A DNA stretch of 64,000 nucleotides from Eledone cirrhosa (taxonomy: Eukaryota). The notes beneath the pieces are model-generated. The model did no database searches and was not told the origin of the DNA. It saw only the letters and a list, made by a program, of their open reading frames with translations. Shown here in pieces: positions 58,089-64,000 of the stretch (the first letter of the stretch is position 1; each line of letters opens with the position of its first letter). The position numbers and the translations under genes are program-made. The stretch covers positions 7,936,001 to 8,000,000 of the forward strand of contig OZ024755.1 of assembly GCA_964016885.1 (NCBI GenBank), written 5' to 3'.

Positions 58089-58834
58089 CATACATGTATA
58101 TATTGCATTCATTTTTGCACAATACATTAATATAGATTTTGTTATAGTTTCTGTGTTTGTATTTGTTTTTTGTCTTGTCTTAATGTTAATATAAATGTTT
58201 AGGAATAAATGAAAATAAATGTTTTACTTTTCCTTTTCCATTCATATTTGTTATATTTCTAAGAGTTACTTCTCTGCTTCTATTGTTTGACTTTTTATGA
58301 TTAAGTCTTTCGTTTCGTTTATGTTTTCGTTTTGGTTTTTTGATTTCATATTTGGTCGTTCCAACATAGATATATTTGAAAGAATAACTTATTCGAAGCG
58401 AGAGAGGGAGTGAATATATAGGTTTAGTGAGACATTGAATGAGAGAGAGAGGAAGAGAGGGGAACATACACATAGGGTTAGAGATGTATGAAGTGAGAAT
58501 GATAGGGAAACATATACATAAGGTTAGGAAGGCATGGAATGGGGGTGATAGAAAGAGAGATAGATAAATACAGAGTGAGAGAACCATGGTGAGAGAGTGA
58601 GAATGAAAGAGAGACAGAGATAGATAAATAAAGAGTTAGAGAGCCCTGGTGAGAGAGTAAGGGAGAGCGAGAGAGATATATACAGACAGAGTCAGAGAGG
58701 CATAGTGAGAGAGTGAGAGAGAGAGAGACATATATACAGAATACAAGAGGCATAGTATGAGAGTAAGAGATAGAGAGAGTGAGAGAGAGAGAGAGACATA
58801 TATAAAGAATACGAGAGGCATAGTACGAGAGTAA

Positions 58835-58922
<88 letters not shown>

Positions 58923-59290
58923 CAACAGGGTGAGGGAAAAAGAGAGCGGGAGAGATTGTGAAGAATACAGACAGGGTCAGAGAGGCATAGAGAGAGGGAA
59001 TGGGCTAGGACTTCTGGCGTCGTCTCAATCAAAGTGTCATGATTTAGATGAATAAAATGGCGACATAGATAAACAAAATGGACGTTCACTTATTACGAAT
59101 ATTTAACTTGTTTTTCGCCTCTTCCGAGTTTAATTTCCAATTTTTCTCCTTTAAACAACTTAAATCGTCGTTTATTTATTATTTCCTTTGTCTTCATCAT
59201 ACTTATGTACATATGCAATTATACGTGTCTGTGTGTATATATATATATATACTGCATATATATATATAGATTGCATATATATATATAGAC

Positions 59291-59350
<60 letters not shown>

Positions 59351-59519
59351 GTCTATATATATATATTTATATATACATATATATATACATATATATGTAT
59401 ATATACATATTTATATATATGTATATATACATATTTATATATACATATTTATATATACATATATATATATACATACTCAATATATATATATATATGTGTG
59501 TGTGCGTGTGTGTGTAACT

Positions 59520-59585
<66 letters not shown>

Positions 59586-59871
59586 TCAATATATGTATAT
59601 GTGTGTGTGTGTGTATGTGTAAATCCATACATGTATATATATATATAGAGAGAGAGAGAGGGGAGGGGGCTATATGGAGATACAATTTGAAAACCATTAT
59701 ATCATTATATATGTAATTCATGGCAAAAAAAAAGCTAAAAGATTTGACTGGTTGTCTACAAACAATGTCGCCATTTCTTAACGAAACTTCAGAAAATTTG
59801 GTACAGAACCCCAGATGCCTCCCAACATTTTCCATAAACAGAAAACCCTAGATTCGCGGTACAACTGGGAT

Positions 59872-60057
59872 CTATGAACCTATGTGTGAAGAGTACACCT
59901 TCCAATTACAGGTACAGTCTGTGAAATATTTTGTGACCAAGCTGCACCTTTCAGTTACAGGTGCAGCCTCTGAACCAGAATGTGAAGGGTGCAGCTTCCA
60001 TTTACAGCTACAGTCTGTGAAACATTGTAACAAGGTTACACCTTCCAGTTATAGGTA
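59872..60057. repeat. Diverged ~49-bp tandem repeat, 4 units alternating A/B
   Basis: CACCTTCCA.TTACAGGT recurs. Confidence 0.75.
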
Positions 60058-60329
60058 GAATTCGTCCTATGGTCATCTTCTATCAAGCCAGTTTCATTTA
60101 CAAGTCTTGAGTCGACTCGTAGCTATGGTAAAAGACACTTGTCCAAGATGCCAGCACAATGGGATTGATTCGGGATCTGGTTGTGGAAATAATTTCTTAA
60201 TCAGTCGGGAAGTTGTAGTCGGGAAGATTTGAACTGAGAACCCAGACGTAGTGAAGTAAGCACTGTATTTATTACGATGCACTACTAACCCTAAAAAGTC
60301 TGTCTTAAGCCAGAAAGCTCGTTAGGACG

Positions 60330-60582
60330 GTGCTTATCCCGGTTTCATGGCATGAAGCGACTGAGAGTAGAAGAGACCCCCTGGAAAGGACGTCAGTCCA
60401 TCGCAGGTTTAAGCCGCCAGTTATTGCTGGTACACATTTTCAGCTGAGAATACTGGAGCAACATGAAATGAAGTATTTTTGCTGAAGAACACAACACACA
60501 ACACAACCCAGAAATCGAACCCACGACATTATGATCGTAAGTCCAACACCACACCCCTTACCACTAAGTCATACACCTCCAC
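60330..60582 (-). mobile_element. tRNA SINE with V-SINE-like body
   Basis: CATGAAGCGACT..CCCCTGGA..CAGTCCATCGCAGG..GCTGGTAC; B-box AATCGAACCC and A-box ACCACTAAGTCA in reverse. Confidence 0.7.
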
Positions 60583-60899
60583 TACTTGCCCAGTTTATAA
60601 ATTGTTCAACATCGTAATATACCTTGTACCGTATTACTTGCCTATTAGTGATAATATATTTCCTAAATGAAGCGTCAAATAGGAATAGCTTGTTGGCATC
60701 ACTGTGTAACGATGCGGCTCTTATACACAATATTGCTATACATATGTAGAAATATGTACGTCCCTGCTATATTTCTAGGCAACTAACCATTTAATTGCAC
60801 AAGGAAATACAGCTGTAATTAACTGTTCTTGGGAGAGAGATTATATATATATTTTTTTTTTTTTAAATACTAAAATAAAAAAAACCGGAAGAGATAGTA

Positions 60900-61232
60900 A
60901 ATGAAAGCAAAAGAAAAAGCAAAGAAAAAAACAAGAAAACGAAAATGAAGGAAAGAGGGAAAGAGAAAAAGAAAGATAGAAAGAAAGAAAAAAGAATGAA
61001 AGAGAGAAAGAAAGAAAGAAAGAAAGAAAAAGAAAGAAAGAGAAAATAGAAGGAAAGAAAGGTAGAAAGAAAGAGAGAAAAAGAAAAAGAAAGAATAAGA
61101 AAAGGAAAGAAAGAGAAAAAAGAAAGAAAGAGAAAAAGAAAAAGAAAAAGAAAAAGAAAAAGAAAAAGAAAAAGAAAAAGAAAGAAAGTTAGAAAGAGAA
61201 AGAGAGAAAGAAAGAAAGAAAGAAAGAAAGAA
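60900..61232. repeat. Polypurine (GAAA)n/(GAAAAA)n tract
   Basis: Direct reading. Confidence 0.9.
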
Positions 61233-63092
61233 GTGAAGCACTACTTAATCATTATTTCATCATATGTATTTCTCCTGTGGCCAGTAATCTCCATTTTTTT
61301 ACAAATAGTTTCGTTGTTGTTGTCGGCTGTAGTCTATTATTTATAGTTGTTGTTGTCGACGTTGTTGTTGTTGTTGTTGTCATTGATGCTGTTGATAATG
61401 TTGTGGTTGTTGTTGTTGAGGATATAGTTGTTCTAGTTGTTGTTGTTGCTGTTGGTGTTGATGCTGTTGTTATTGTTGTTGCTGTTGTTATTGTTGTTGC
61501 TGGTGTTTTTTATTGTGAAGCTGTTTTGTGTTTGGGTGTATGAATGTGCGTGTGTATGTGTATATGTATGTGTATCTATATATGTATGTGTGTATGAGTG
61601 TGTATGCATGTATGTGAAGGCATGCATGTATGTGTGTATGTATATATATATATATATGTATATGCATGTACGAGTGTTTGTATATATGTATGCGTGTGTA
61701 TGTATGTATGAGTATATGTATATATGTATGTGTGTGTATGTATGTGTGTATAAATGCGTATATATATCTGTATATATGTATGTATATATGTATATATATC
61801 TGTATGTATGTGTGTATAAATGTGTATATATATCTGTATGTATGTGTGTATATATGTGTATATATATATGTATATTGGTATGTATATATGTGTATATATA
61901 TCTGTATGTATGTGTGTATAAATGCTTATATATATCTGTATATATGTATATATGTATATATATCTGTATGTATGTGTGTATAAATGTGTATATATATCTG
62001 TATGTATGTGTGTATATATGTGTATATATATCTGTATATATGTATGTATATATGTGTATATATATCTGTATGTATGTGTGTATAAATGTGTATATATATA
62101 TGTATGTATGTATGTATGTGTGTATCTTAATATTCCATTTCTCTCTAGTAGTGAGATGTCTGTACGCCAGATAGAGAAATACTTTCATTAACAAGTCTTC
62201 TCTCAAGTGATTTACAATAATCAGTTAACATGACGGTTTTTTGTTGAGATTGCTCACACAGGAGACATTTAATTATTACCCACTAGAGCCGGAGGTTATT
62301 ATTCAAAAAATATTATTATCTCAACAACAGTTGTTAATTGCTTTATATTGCTGTTAGTTTTACAATTTCTACTTGATATGTTGTCGCCTGTTGCTATTGC
62401 ATCTCATAAGATTGGAAAGGTCTTCCATCGGTTTCGACGTTCAGTCTTCCAAATTTTTTTTCAATTTACAAAACAGCCAGCTCGTGAAATTAATGATATA
62501 AATGACAGAGTTTTCCAAAGAGACGTGTAACCTTTCTCAATTTTTCTCTCACACACTGTCACACTTTCTTCGTGTTCAGACCTGAACAGTGATGACCTCC
62601 ACCAAATTTAAATACCCACGTCGGTTCCCCTATGATTATATCAGAAGTTAGGAGTCCATGATTGGATATAAAAAGCTAAGCAGCCTTCGTTGTTGTTGAT
62701 TTTTGGAGGGGCTGTTTGTTTGTTTGTTTATGTTCTCTATATGAGTCGTTAATTCGAAGGTGGGTAAGATATAAAATAAGAGAAGCTGTCGATGGATGGA
62801 ATTTCATCGCACCTTAAAAACACATTTATCTGCTCTTATGTGTAAAGCATTAAATATTTAGTTTAGATTATTTTATTCATTTATTGATCTGAAGTCTTAT
62901 TTTGTTGGTATCCACCATCTTGAGAAATGCATCTCCATATGTAGAATATTTTACCGTATGATCTGCAGACGCTATAAAAGTTTACTCCTACTGCTACTAT
63001 AATTGGTCCCCTACCACCACCACCAACAGCAACAGCAACAACAACAACAACAACAACAACACCACCAACAACAACAACAACAACACCAACAC

Positions 63093-63124
<32 letters not shown>

Positions 63125-63569
63125 CAAATCTTTAACGTAAAACTCATATTGCGAAAAATATTTTGTTAATGTATGATGATAGAACTGCTGCACGTCTGTA
63201 GAAAATATATCAATGGGTGGCTCATCGTACACTAATTCCAGATATTAGAGGAAAATCAGATTGGAAATACCCATCAGACGAAATCAATATCTTCAAATGT
63301 TAAATGAGCCTTGAAAATACACAGAAACATAAATTTATTTCTCCGTAAAAACATTAAATGGTTATGATACTATAAACGATGCCAATGCAACTGACATCGA
63401 ATTAACGATGGGATTTGTTTAAATAGAATCGTATTTAAAAAATAAATATAATAAAAGCCAAGCCCAACCTTCGCTGGCATGTCATGTCTGAACTATTAAA
63501 TTTAACCATTCTTCTGTTAAATTGACCAAAACAAATGGATGTAATAAAATCAAAATCAATGTTAATATA

Positions 63570-63735
63570 CGGAGACGTAGCCATGCGGTTAAGAAGTGCA
63601 CTTTGTAACCATGTGTTTGCCAGTTCCATCCCAATGCGGGGTACCAGAGGCACTTTGCCTTCTACTATTGCCTCCGATTGGCCAATATCTTATGAGTAGA
63701 ATTGGGTTGATGAAAACTGGACAAACGCTCGTCAT
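63570..63735 (+). mobile_element. Old tRNA-derived octopod-type SINE
   Basis: GGAGACGTAGCCATGCGGTTAAGAAG..CTTCTACTATTGCCTC..GAAAACTGGACAAACGCTCGTCATATATA; reverse relative at ~60085-60203. Confidence 0.6.
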
Positions 63736-64000
63736 ATATATATATATATAAATATAAGCTCATCACATATATATATAGATATATATGTGTGTGTGTGGGG
63801 GGGGGGGCTTTGTTTCCTGGCATGAACTGGTACGCGGAGCCTTGTCCATTTATATCAAGAACCGGTAAATTATCTTCCGATAAATACAGATAAAATAATT
63901 ACCAAACTGAAATAAGTAGTAGAGTTAATTTAATGGACTAAAACCATTGTAGATGCCCTGCCTTCTTCCTTCCCTTACTGACGCAACTAGTACTGTGGTG

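Overview
AT-rich, microsatellite-saturated eukaryotic non-coding DNA with no supportable host protein-coding gene. Nearly all listed ORFs are translations of (TA)n, (CA)n, (TATG)n or trinucleotide runs. The SINE families resemble those of octopod cephalopods (inferred from recalled family resemblance, not from a database search). The non-microsatellite content is mostly retroelement debris: about 17 copies of a tRNA-derived Meta-domain SINE (several with 14-20 bp TSDs), other tRNA SINEs, three CRE-clade 3' fragments, three Tx1/L1-like 3' ends in (ATCT)n, and an ORF-less RTE-derived element in (TATG)n. The most notable signal is a set of sequence-unrelated, ORF-less fold-back elements of 100-420 bp embedded in (TA)n. 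They share a GAGTRC motif near the 3' end and carry minimal type I hammerhead ribozymes (CUGAnGA-stem II-GAAA-palindromic hexamer-UH), the best at 11073-11143, 25237-25302 and 6053-6127. They are read here as Penelope-like element (PLE) termini, and their inversion points repeatedly fall within the ribozyme.
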